A DNA stretch of 62,252 bases from Nemertoderma westbladi. Taxonomy: Eukaryota > Animalia > Xenacoelomorpha. Under the pieces are notes generated by a model. The model saw nothing but the letters and a program-made list of their open reading frames with translations. It was not told where the DNA came from and made no database searches. Of this stretch, positions 24,101 through 35,163 are shown piece after piece. Where the stretch lies: NCBI GenBank assembly GCA_032718475.1, contig JAUCBJ010007515.1, positions 1 to 62,252 of the forward strand. The letters are read 5' to 3'. Made by a program: the position numbers and the translations under genes. Each line of letters starts with the position of its first letter. The first letter of the stretch is position 1.

Positions 24101-27100
24101 AAACTCTTAAGATTTTGGGTTAGGGTTTGTTGGTCAGACGGAAACTCTTAAGATTTTGGGTTCGGGTTTGTTGGTCAGACGGAAACTTTAAGATTTTGGG
24201 TTAGGGTTTGTTGGTCAGACACAAACTCTTAAGATTTTGGGTTAGGGTTTGTTGGTCAGACGGAAACTCTTAAGATTTTGGGTTCGGGTTTGTTGGTCAG
24301 ACGGAAACTTTAAGATTTTGGGTTCGGGTTTGTTGGTCAGACACAAACTCTTAAGATTTTGGGTTCGGGTTTGTTGGTCAGACACAAACTCTTAAGATTT
24401 TAGGTTCGGGTTTGTTGGTCAGACACAAACTCTTAAGATTTTGGGTTAGGGTTTGTTGGTCAGACGGAAACTTTAAGATTTTGGGTTAGGGTTTGTTGGT
24501 CAGACACAAACTCTTAAGATTTTGGGTTCGGGTTTGTTGGTCAGACGGGAACTCTTAAGATTTTGGGTTAGGGTTTGTTGGTCAGACACAAACTCTTAAG
24601 ATTTTGGGTTCGGGTTTGTTGGTCAGACGGAAACTCTTAAGATTTTAGGTTCGGGTTTGTTGGTCAGACACAAACTCTTAAGATTTTGGGTTCGGGTTTG
24701 TTGGTCAGACGGAAACTTTAAGATTTTGGGTTAGGGTTTGTTGGTCAGACACAAACTCTTAAGATTTTGGGTTAGGGTTTGTTGGTCAGACGGAAACTCT
24801 TAAGATTTTGGGTTCGGGTTTGTTGGTCAGACACAAACTCTTAAGATTTTGGGTTAGGGTTTGTTGGTCAGACGGAAACTCTTAAGATTTTGGGTTCGGG
24901 TTTGTTGGTCAGACACAAACTCTTAAGATTTTGGGTTCGGGTTTGTTGGTCAGACACAAACTCTTAAGATTTTGGGTTCGGGTTTGTTGGTCAGACGGAA
25001 ACTTTAAGATTTTGGGTTAGGGTTTGTTGGTCAGACACAAACTCTTAAGATTTTGGGTTAGGGTTTGTTGGTCAGACGGAAACTCTTAAGATTTTGGGTT
25101 CGGGTTTGTTGGTCAGACACAAACTCTTAAGATTTTGGGTTCGGGTTTGTTGGTCAGACACAAACTCTTAAGATTTTAGGTTCGGGTTTGTTGGTCAGAC
25201 ACAAACTCTTAAGATTTTGGGTTAGGGTTTGTTGGTCAGACGGAAACTTTAAGATTTTGGGTTAGGGTTTGTTGGTCAGACACAAACTCTTAAGATTTTG
25301 GGTTCGGGTTTGTTGGTCAGACGGGAACTCTTAAGATTTTGGGTTAGGGTTTGTTGGTCAGACACAAACTCTTAAGATTTTGGGTTAGGGTTTGTTGGTC
25401 AGACGTAAACTCTTAAGATTTTGGGTTAGGGTTTGTTGGTCAGACGCAAACTCTTAAGATTTTGGGTTCGGGTTTGTTGGTCAGACACAAACTCTTAAGA
25501 TTTTGGGTTCGGGTTTGTTGGTCAGACGGGAACTCTTAAGATTTTGGGTTAGGGTTTGTTGGTCAGACACAAACTCTTAAGATTTTGGGTTCGGGTTTGT
25601 TGGTCAGACGGAAACTCTTAAGATTTTAGGTTCGGGTTTGTTGGTCAGACACAAACTCTTAAGATTTTGGGTTAGGGTTTGTTGGTCAGACGGAAACTCT
25701 TAAGATTTTGGGTTAGGGTTTGTTGGTCAGACACAAACTCTTAAGATTTTGGGTTAGGGTTTGTTGGTCAGACACAAACTCTTAAGATTTTGGGTTAGGG
25801 TTTGTTGGTCAGACGGAAACTCTTAAGATTTTGGGTTAGGGTTTGTTGGTCAGACACAAACTCTTAAGATTTTGGGTTAGGGTTTGTTGGTCAGACACAA
25901 ACTCTTAAGATTTTGGGTTAGGGTTTGTTGGTCAGACGGAAACTCTTAAGATTTTGGGTTAGGGTTTGTTGGTCAGACACAAACTCTTAAGATTTTGGGT
26001 TAGGGTTTGTTGGTCAGACGGAAACTCTTAAGATTTTGGGTTAGGGTTTGTTGGTCAGACGGAAACTCTTAAGATTTTGGGTTCGGGTTTGTTGGTCAGA
26101 CACAAACTCTTAAGATTTTGGGTTAGGGTTTGTTGGTCAGACGGAAACTCTTAAGATTTTGGGTTAGGGTTTGTAGGTCAGACACAAACTCTTAAGATTT
26201 TGGGTTAGGGTTTGTTGGTCAGACACAAACTCTTAAGATTTTGGGTTAGGGTTTGTTGGTCAGACACAAACTCTTAAGATTTTGGGTTAGGGTTTGTTGG
26301 TCAGACACAAACTCTTAAGATTTTGGGTTAGGGTTTGTTGGTCAGACGGAAACTCTTAAGATTTTGGGTTAGGGTTTGTTGGTCAGACGGGAACTCTTAA
26401 GATTTTGGGTTAGGGTTTGTAGGTCAGACACAAACTCTTAAGATTTTGGGTTAGGGTTTGTAGGTCAGACACAAACTCTTAAGATTTTGGGTTAGGGTTT
26501 GTTGGTCAGACACAAACTAAAGATTTTGGGTTCGGGTTTGTTGGTCAGACGGAAACTCTTAAGATTTTGGATTAGGGTTTGTTGGTCAGACACAAACTCT
26601 TAAGATTTTGGGTTAGGGTTTGTTGGTCAGACACAAACTCTTAAGATTTTGGGTTAGGGTTTGTTGGTCAGACACAAACTCTTAAGATTTTGGGTTAGGG
26701 TTTGTTGGTCAGACGGAAACTCTTAAGATTTTAGGTTCGGGTTTGTTGGTCAGACACAAACTCTTAAGATTTTGGGTTAGGGTTTGCTGGTCAGACGGAA
26801 ACTCTTAAGATTTTGGGTTAGGGTTTGTTGGTCAGACGGAAACTCTTAAGATTTTAGGTTCGGGTTTGTTGGTCAGACACAAACTCTTAAGATTTTGGGT
26901 TAGGGTTTGTTGGTCAGACACAAACTCTTAAGATTTTGGGTTAGGGTTTGTTGGTCAGACACAAACTCTTAAGATTTTGGGTTAGGGTTTGTTGGTCAGA
27001 CGGAAACTCTTAAGATTTTAGGTTCGGGTTTGTTGGTCAGACACAAACTCTTAAGATTTTGGGTTAGGGTTTGTTGGTCAGACACAAACTGTTAAGATTT

Positions 27101-27300
27101 TGGGTTAGGGTTTGTTGGTCAGACACAAACTCTTAAGATTTTGGGTTAGGGTTTGTTGGTCAGACGGAAACTCTTAAGATTTTGGGTTAGGGTTTGTTGG
27201 TCAGACACAAACTCTTAAGATTTTGGGTTAGGGTTTGCTGGTCAGACGGAAACTCTTACGATTTTGGGTTAGGATGTGGGTCAGACGGAAACTCTAAAGA
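21165..27300 (+). repeat. 41-bp satellite GGGTTAGGGTTTGTTGGTCAGACACAAACTCTTAAGATTTT, ~150 copies
   Basis: 41-bp period read directly; main variants ACAC/ACGG and TTAGGG/TTCGGG. Confidence 0.99.
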
Positions 27301-27544
27301 AAGTTAGCCTAATTTATGGCATTTTAGAGTTACACTAAAATTTCATTTATGACCTTGGGTCAATGTTACGTGATAATTTAAACTATGATTTGGGCCGCCA
27401 CTCCTGTAAACAGACTAATGAGATCTAAAGTGACTGCGAAGACCGTAGATAAATAATTACATGCACCGCAGGGAACAATTTAATACAGTTGCAAAGAATC
27501 CACAAAAAATATTAATCACAATACCCATTTTATTAAATGGGTAT

Positions 27545-27750
27545 TCCGTTACGTCAAAACTGTATAACTATTACTGCGTGCCAGAATTTATCTGTATCAA
27601 TATTTGAACGATCGTACAGTATAATATGTCATGCCCAGTACAACGTAATGTTAAAAATAACTATGATGTAACAAGAACACAAGTAACCAATCAGAAACAT
27701 TATTGCACAACCAGAGGCAACTGATAATAGTAAGAGTGTCGTACGTCAAT
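27545..27750 (+). promoter_or_regulatory. Possible promoter of the RNF14-like gene (CCAAT box, CRE-like TACGTCA sites)
   Basis: CCAATCAG at 27687; TACGTCA at ~27550 and ~27742; motif match only. Confidence 0.25.
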
Positions 27751-27918
27751 ATATTTAAGAGATAAATTGTTGCACTATAGTAAAAGTAATAATTTAACTC
27801 AGAAATAAAATCGTTATTAATTACAATTGTAATTAATTGTAATATTTACAGGTACTTTTTATTATTTTTCTCTACTTATCACTTGAAACAACAAATTTAT
27901 TGTGAATCTTTAGAACTC

Positions 27919-29496
27919 ATGGCCAGTAACAGCTTAAACATAGATGCAAGCCTTAAACGCGAATGCTTGGCATTGCAGGAAGAGGAACTACTAGTTCTAA
28001 AGGCGGTTTACGATACCAAAATGAGTTTTGATTCTAGCAAGGGTGATGATGATACGGGTGCCTATGACATGAATGGAATGGAACATGGAGTAGCATTTAG
28101 TTTACTAGTTGATGTAACGTTACCTCATAGCGAATGCGAAATTCTATTAAATTCTGACGAATCAAGAGGTAACATAGATGAATCAGTAGTTGTATCAAGA
28201 TTGCCACCCCTGACATTGTCTATCAAACTCCCACCTACTTACCCCCTTATAGACTCTCCTCAATTAATTATTGAGTCTTCTTGGCTTTCCGAAGAACAAA
28301 ACCAAATTCTTGTCTCTAAATTATATGATCTATTTTTCTCAAATACATGTCGAGGACCTATTATTTACGAATGGTACCAATATCTATTCTCTAACGCATT
28401 GCCGGCACTAGAAATAACTGATACGATATTTCTACACCCAGCAAACTGTCAGGATGTCACACAGGAAATAAAAAAGATAGTTCAACTGGACAAGTCCTAT
28501 AAAAATGAAACATTCCTAAACTCAAATCACGAATGTCCTGTGTGTTTCGATTCTTTGTTAGGTTTTGATATGATCGTTGTCGAACAATGTGGCCACTATA
28601 CCTGTAGGGAATGTATTCTAGAACACATGCGTGTTCAGCTGAACGAGGGAAGTGTTTCTCGGGTGACATGTTTGTTCGATGCTTGCGATTGTCCCATTCC
28701 GATAGCTTCCGTTTACTATAATTTGTCTCTTGATGACCAAAAGAAATGGAGCGACTTAGCAACTCTCTCTTACCTCAGAGAATCACTCCATTACTGCCCG
28801 AGATGCGAACATGCTACCTGTGCCGACCAAACAGGATCCACTGACTCTGGCCTACCATATATGGTCTTCTGTACGACGTGCTACTTTACGTTCTGCGCCG
28901 TTTGTCGAGAGTCGTGGCATCCTGGATCGTCTTGCAAAAATCGTGAAGACAAACTCAAAGAGTTGGACGCAAGGGCTGCTCGCTGCGGGGACAACCAGCG
29001 ACTACGGGAAGAAGTCGAGAGATTGCAGAAGATTATTGGCGACGAGCTCTTAACCATGAGGACAATCACAACACACGGAACACGATGTCCAAAATGCAAA
29101 GCTTGGATTCTGAAGTCAGGAGGTTGCAACAGGATGACTTGCAGTAGATGTGGCGAATCTTTTTGTATGCTCTGCGGAAAACTTATCAAAAGTTACAACC
29201 ATTTCTCAAATTCTGGGTGTACAGTCTGGGGCGGTGGGGGAAGTGAGAAAGAACAACAGGCGCGACCACCGGCCCTACCAGGGCAGGCCCTAGCGGAAGC
29301 CGCTCAAAGATACCGGGCAGAGTTACCGACAACACGGTGTCAGCGCTGCAAACAATTCAACGTTAAAATAAACACGAATAACCACACAAAATGTTGGTTC
29401 TGCAAGGTGAATCTTTGTTTTAGTTGTAACGGTATAATTATTGGAAAAGTGTATGAACATTATTCGCCACAAAGTATCTGTGTACAACATTCGTAA
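27919..29496 (+). CDS. RNF14: RNF14/ARA54-like RWD-RBR E3 ubiquitin ligase, intronless CDS
   Basis: RWD domain (QEEELLVLKAVY, LPPLTL..LPPTYP), RING1 CPVC..CGH..C..C, IBR, RING2 KSGGCNRMTC; first ATG at 27919 (the track start 27883 is TTG). May be a paralogous RNF14-like subfamily. Confidence 0.88.
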   Translation: MASNSLNIDASLKRECLALQEEELLVLKAVYDTKMSFDSSKGDDDTGAYDMNGMEHGVAFSLLVDVTLPHSECEILLNSDESRGNIDESVVVSRLPPLTLSIKLPPTYPLIDSPQLIIESSWLSEEQNQILVSKLYDLFFSNTCRGPIIYEWYQYLFSNALPALEITDTIFLHPANCQDVTQEIKKIVQLDKSYKNETFLNSNHECPVCFDSLLGFDMIVVEQCGHYTCRECILEHMRVQLNEGSVSRVTCLFDACDCPIPIASVYYNLSLDDQKKWSDLATLSYLRESLHYCPRCEHATCADQTGSTDSGLPYMVFCTTCYFTFCAVCRESWHPGSSCKNREDKLKELDARAARCGDNQRLREEVERLQKIIGDELLTMRTITTHGTRCPKCKAWILKSGGCNRMTCSRCGESFCMLCGKLIKSYNHFSNSGCTVWGGGGSEKEQQARPPALPGQALAEAAQRYRAELPTTRCQRCKQFNVKINTNNHTKCWFCKVNLCFSCNGIIIGKVYEHYSPQSICVQHS

Positions 29497-29655
29497 CGTT
29501 GCGGACTATTTTTTATGACTATCGTTTATTTTAAATCAACTGTACCCAATTTGCAATTAGTTTATATGAAAATATTGGTGATTCTCTATACTGTAAAATT
29601 GTAATATTAATGAACATGATTACACAGATATTTATGAAATGTACAATAATGTGAA

Positions 29656-29775
29656 GGTCCCCATGGCTAAGTGTCGGACTTACACGCCGAAGGGTCATGG
29701 GTTCGATCCCCAGATGAGTCCAGTTAAACTCTAAACGTAAAACAACGTCACTCAGCCTACCCCACAGCTGGTTTC
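29656..29775 (+). mobile_element. tRNA-derived SINE-like head with internal Pol III promoter
   Basis: A-box-like TGGCTAAGTG (29664) and B-box GGTTCGATCCC (29700); no complete cloverleaf. Confidence 0.65.
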
Positions 29776-30456
29776 TTCCGGTAGAGAGGAGCCTTAGGGT
29801 TGCCTCTTGTAGAGATAAGCCTTTAGTTTTCCTCCGGTAGAGAGGAGCCTTCGTGTTGACTCCAGTAGAGATGAACCTTCGGGTTGCCTCCGGTAGAGAG
29901 GAGACTTCGGGTTGCCTCCGGTAGAGAGGAGCCTTCGGGTTGCCTCCGGTAGAGAGGAACCTTCGGGTTGCCTCCGGTAGAAAGGAACCTTCGGGTTGCC
30001 TCCGGTAGAGAGGAGCCTTCGGGTCGCCTCCGGTAGAGAGGAACCTTCGGGTTGACTCCGGTAGAGAGGATCCTTCGGGTTGCCTCCGGTAGAGAGGAGC
30101 CTTCGGGTTGGCTCCGGTAGAGAGGAGCCTTCGGGTTGCCTCCGGTAGAGAGGAACCTTCGGGTTGCCTCCGGTAGAGAGGAACCTTCGGGTTGCCTCCG
30201 GTAGAAAGGAACCTTCGGGTTGCCTCCGGTAGAGAGGAACCTTCGGGTTACCTCCGGTAGAGAGGAGCCTTCGGGTTGCCTCCTGTAGAGAGGAGCCTTC
30301 GGGTTGCCTCCGGTAGAGAGGAACCTTCGGGTTGCCTCCGGTAGAGAGGATCCTTCGGGTTGCCTCCGGTAGAGAGGAGCCTTCGGGTTGCCTCCGGTAG
30401 AGAGGAGCCTTCGGGTTGCCTCCGGTAGAGAGGAGCCTTCGGGTTGCCTCTGGTAG
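29770..30456 (+). repeat. 28-bp minisatellite GGGTTGCCTCCGGTAGAGAGGARCCTTC, ~24 copies
   Basis: 28-bp period read directly. Confidence 0.97.
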
Positions 30457-30828
30457 CAAGGAATCTTTGCGACACATAATAAATAGGTCATTATATAAAC
30501 TTTTGTCAAGAAAAATCATTAAAAATTATACCGGTACCTATACATACATAAAGACAATAAAGAAGTTTCTGAATAATTGTGATATTTATATTAATATTTA
30601 CGTTATATCACTGATTCATTAGGATTTGTGATTTATTAATAAATAATAAGTAATAATAAATAATAAGAATAATAAGATATTTTACATAAAAAATTTATTA
30701 ACGTAACCACCACTAATTAAAGTGCCGGAAAAGTAGATTCAAGGGAAAAATGACAATAAAATGATGTAAATAACTATTTGGTTCATCAAAAATGGTAGCG
30801 CCAATAGAACTGCAACCTGCTCTAATAA

Positions 30829-31905
30829 TCAGATATCGTTAGTTATTATGAACTTCCTGGAGGAATGTAAACTCATTTGGCGAATAGCGTCTACTGCGTC
30901 GTCAAGGGAGACATTAACAGGAGCGACATGACATAAAACGCCAGTCTCGAGTTTATCCATAACGTCCAACAAGATGTGTCGAAAACGTCCTAGTTGCGTG
31001 CAAGTGACAGTCCAACAGTGTTCGAACAAATAACACAAACTCGCACATTTCAGAAAGAGAATCTCTGACTCGGGTGGGTCTATCTGCAGTTTACCTTCCA
31101 CGGTAATCCATTTGCCGGAGACTGCCAGACATGAAATTATCTCGCTTTTTCTTGGCTGATACCTTCGATTAGAGGCCCCTGGAGAGGGATTTTCCCTAGG
31201 GTATATATTAATTCCGTTATCCACGATTATATCAACTCCCATCCCGTCTGTTTCCGATAGACACCAGTTAGTTAAACAATTCGACTCATTTAGCACAACG
31301 GCCGCGCTCAATCCGGGACAAACCGCCTGCAAACAGGATAAATCATCCCCCGACTGCACCGTAGCCAATACTTTAAGATTCCAACTAAACGCGAGTTGAA
31401 TCAGCACTATGTTACTTGCCGTGTCCCCGTCGATAACTAGCAAAGTGTCGCCGGGGGTGCATCGTGCTAAAAAGTACAACGCCGTGTACGCCCGTACCCC
31501 GTCGCTTATAAGTCCCGCGGCCTCCCTGTAACTAACTCTAGACGGCATTGGGACAGTCTGGTACCACGGGATGATACACTTCTCAGCAACTCCAGACCAT
31601 TCAGTATCTAACGGTAACATCCCGACTATCTTATCTCCGATACTTAGTTCGTTAACGTTATCGCCTACAGCCTCTACCACGCCCGCTATATCTTTACCCA
31701 CCGGTAACACGGCGCGGTCCAACCCCAGACCAAGTTTAGTTAATACTTGTGAAGGGACTACAGACAGCGCGCACGCACCTACCGAGACTACAACCTCGTG
31801 GGGCCCGGGTGCGCCGATGTCACGCGATACCAGTTGGAATTGATGGCCAGGGCCTTTAGTTGCATCCGAACTAACTGTAGCCGGAATCTTTACGAAACAG
31901 CGCAT
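30829..31905 (-). CDS. CRYZL1: Quinone oxidoreductase-like protein 1 (CRYZL1, FERRY complex subunit), intronless CDS
   Basis: ACALS, PVGKDIAGVV, GMLPLD, DGVRAYTAL, GVDIIVDNG, LQIDPPES..LFLK, ILLDVMDKLETGV match the CRYZL1 family over full length. Confidence 0.92.
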   Translation of the reverse strand: MRCFVKIPATVSSDATKGPGHQFQLVSRDIGAPGPHEVVVSVGACALSVVPSQVLTKLGLGLDRAVLPVGKDIAGVVEAVGDNVNELSIGDKIVGMLPLDTEWSGVAEKCIIPWYQTVPMPSRVSYREAAGLISDGVRAYTALYFLARCTPGDTLLVIDGDTASNIVLIQLAFSWNLKVLATVQSGDDLSCLQAVCPGLSAAVVLNESNCLTNWCLSETDGMGVDIIVDNGINIYPRENPSPGASNRRYQPRKSEIISCLAVSGKWITVEGKLQIDPPESEILFLKCASLCYLFEHCWTVTCTQLGRFRHILLDVMDKLETGVLCHVAPVNVSLDDAVDAIRQMSLHSSRKFIITNDI

Positions 31906-32181
31906 GGCTGTCGACTAATTTATTAATATCAAATCAATCAGACAATTTAGGAAACCAACTACAGTAAAGCAGATGTTAATAGAGTAATAACGGTAGCAAG
32001 ACAATCTAGTAGGCCTTGGCATAATCATAATAGCTAGCATAATTTTGTTCCAATAATTGTGTAGTGTTTACCTTTATCCCCACTGACTGGTTATATGGAC
32101 GGCTAACCCCGTCTTCCACCCTTGCTTCCAGCATAATGTTCCAGCATTCGGGGCAAAATGAAATATGTTGTATAATTTTTC

Positions 32182-33499
32182 GGCAGTGATTTTTTATGTC
32201 CTTTTATTTGACTTTTTTTGTCCTCCTTTTTTTACGAATTGTCCATAATGACTTTTGTTGTCCTTTTAATGACTTTTATTGTCCTTTTAATGACTTTTTA
32301 TGTATGTATTTCTTCAAACTGTCAGACTGCTGATTTCTGGACTGTCAGACAGTTGATTTCAACATGCCTATGCCAAAACATTCAAAATTTGTTGATTTCT
32401 GGTCTGTCGGACAGTTGGTTTCACTATGCCTGTGCCAAAACATCCCATGATTACATGATTTATAGACTATGAGATAGAATTCCATATGCGCCTGTGGTAA
32501 AAGACTCTAAATTTAATAGTTTGTGGTTGTTGTCGATTAATCGATTACCACATGACGTAGCAAAACACTCATTTTATAGCCAAAAACAATTACCAATTGA
32601 TGGAAAGGAGCAGGTTAAGGCCGGATTTACTAACCAAAACAATAAACAGTCACTTTACCAAATCAGGGAAAGGAGCAGGTTACAGAGGCCCGATTTTCTA
32701 ACCAAAACAATAAACGATCATTTAACTATATAAATAATTGAGGGAAAGGAGCAGGTTACAGAGACGGGATTTTCTAACCAAAACAATAAACGATAACATT
32801 ACCAATTGAGAGAAAGGAGCAGGTTACAGATGCGGGATTTTCTAACCAAAACAATAAACAGTCACTTTACCAAATTAGGGAAAGGAGCAGGTTACAGAGA
32901 CGGGATTTTCTAACCAAAACAATAAACGATAACATTGCCAGTTGAGAGAAAGGAGCAGGTTACAGAGGCGGGATTTCCTAACCAAAACAATAAACGATCA
33001 CTTAATTAATTGAGGGAAAGGGGCAGGTTACAGAGGCGGGATTTTCTAACCAAAACAATAAACAGTCACTTTACAAAATGAAGGAAAGGAGCAGGTTACA
33101 GAGGCGGGCCTTTCTAAACCAAAACAATAAACGGTCACTTTACCAAATCAGGCAAAGGAGCAGGTTACAGATGAGGCGGGATTTTCTAACCAAAACAACC
33201 GGTCAGCCGGTAGGCCTACCAGTACCGTATTTAAATGGTAGGCTACACAGTAGGTCTACAGCAGTACCGGTGCCGGTACCGGTACTAAAATACAGAAATG
33301 CCTGCTTTATACATACATCTGTACATACAATATACAGCAAAATAGTGCTATACAGTATACTAATACCGGTACTGATAGCCTGAGAGAACAGCAGTAGAGA
33401 AACCGGTGGCATGGAACCTAACATTAGATTTTTGGAGGACATAAAAAATATAAAAAAAGGACAAAAAAAGGATTTAAACGGACAATAAAAATTATTGCG
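32182..33499 (+). mobile_element. Non-autonomous DNA transposon, MULE-like, copy 1
   Basis: 9-bp TSD TAATTTTTC (32173-32181, 33500-33508); imperfect TIRs GGCAGTGATTTTT / AAAAATTATTGCG; internal ~68-bp tandem array of ~9 units. Confidence 0.8.
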
Positions 33500-34340
33500 T
33501 AATTTTTCTGAGCCATCTACTATCTAGAAACACGTGTTATGGACTGGGAATGAGCTATTTTTTTTTTACCGTGGCCAATTAATTTCAGATTTTTCATAAT
33601 TTTCACCCGGGTGATAATTACGAAAAATCTGAAATTATCCACCGTAATTTTCCCCTGGAGAGGGATGAATTTTTATTGCGTCGAAAAGACGCCCCACCCA
33701 GGATCGCAGTTTCAGAGTCACATCATAACTCTGAAACTGCTGGGAACAGTACGGCCCTTACATGCCAAAACCGTCTAACTCAATTTTTTTGAAAAATGAC
33801 ATATGCATATACTGTATTTGGAATCAGAAAAACGAGGCGCATCTTTCTAGCCAAGTCTTATGACGTAATTATGAAGTTCTAAGGAGTCATATTTTTGTCA
33901 AAACCGTCTATCTCAACATCTGTCAATAATAGTAAATCCCAAAACCATCTATCTTTACTTAGATTGATTTGGGATTGAACACTAAGTTTGAATTTATGGT
34001 TTCCTTTATGCCGAAACCGTCTATCTGTGTATTATAATATTCTATCTGTGTATTCCTATCTACTTGTATTCCGTTGAATTCAATATATAATAATTTATTC
34101 ATTTGTATTTGCCAAAACAGTCTATCTCTATGATCTACTTGCCTAATAGCCTACAATTATGCTTTTACTAGTACCTAGTTTTACTAGTTTCCTAAAATTT
34201 AATTGGCTATCCAATATCGCAAACGCCATTTATATAGCTACAGTATGTTAATTTTTGTGCCATGGTAACTTTCTGACAACCATCTCCAGTATTTTTCGTT
34301 CTAAAATTTTCAAAAGTTTTATGACTAACTAAAATAAATT

Positions 34341-34777
34341 TATTTTAGCGTGCGACCTAAAACTACATTGTTTTAGGTGCGACCTAAAACTACATTATTT
34401 AACGTGCGACCTAAAACTACATTGTTTTAGGTGCGACCTAAAACTACATTGTTTTAGCGTGCGACCTAAAACTACATTGTTTTAGGTGCGACCTAAAACT
34501 ACATTATTTAACGTGCGACCTAAAACTACATTGTTTTAGGTGCGACCTAAAACTACATTGTTTTAGCGTGCGACCTAAAACTACATTATTTTAGCGTGCG
34601 ACCTAAAACTACATTGTTTTAGCGTACGACCTAAAACTACATTATTTTAGCGTGCGACCTAAAACTACATTATTTTAGCGTGCGACCTAAAACTACATTG
34701 TTTTATCGTGCGACCTAAAACTACATTATTTTAGCGTGCGACCTAAAACTACATTATTTTAGCGTGCGACCTAAAAC
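34341..34777 (+). repeat. 27-28-bp minisatellite GTGCGACCTAAAACTACATTRTTTTAGC, ~16 copies
   Basis: Direct reading; one inverted copy at 34828-34857. Confidence 0.95.
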
Positions 34778-35163
34778 CAGAAAACTGCATCATTTTACAT
34801 TTTAACCTCATTAATTAGGGCCTAATGAATAATGTAGTTTTAGATCGCACGCTAAAAAAATTGTTTTAGGTCGATTAAATCGACTAAAACACAATTGGAT
34901 GCCATATCTGCGTACTGTACCTACGTAACTGCACACCTTACTGTAAGTAAACACATTACATTTGTTGCTCTTTCTCTTTGATGATCACAGTTCTCAAATT
35001 CTAATTCAAACTACCCGATACTAAAACTAACCGATATACTGCTATACTGTATATGATTCGGATAAAATAAAATAATAATTCATAACTACAAGGTAATCGT
35101 GTCATTCGTGTGCGTGGGGTAGCCTAGTAGCCGTATCCCGTACTGCGGCAGTACTGGTTGGAT

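Noticed and set aside
21165-27300. CRISPR array or true telomere
   Set aside because: No unique spacers and no cas genes; TTAGGG occurs once per 41-mer rather than as a pure tract, and genes follow the array.
29656-29730. Functional tRNA gene
   Set aside because: A/B boxes are present but no acceptor stem or full cloverleaf can be formed.
29794-30519. 241-aa and 228-aa repetitive ORFs
   Set aside because: They come from a stop-free 28-bp minisatellite; the same 28-aa peptide appears in several frames.
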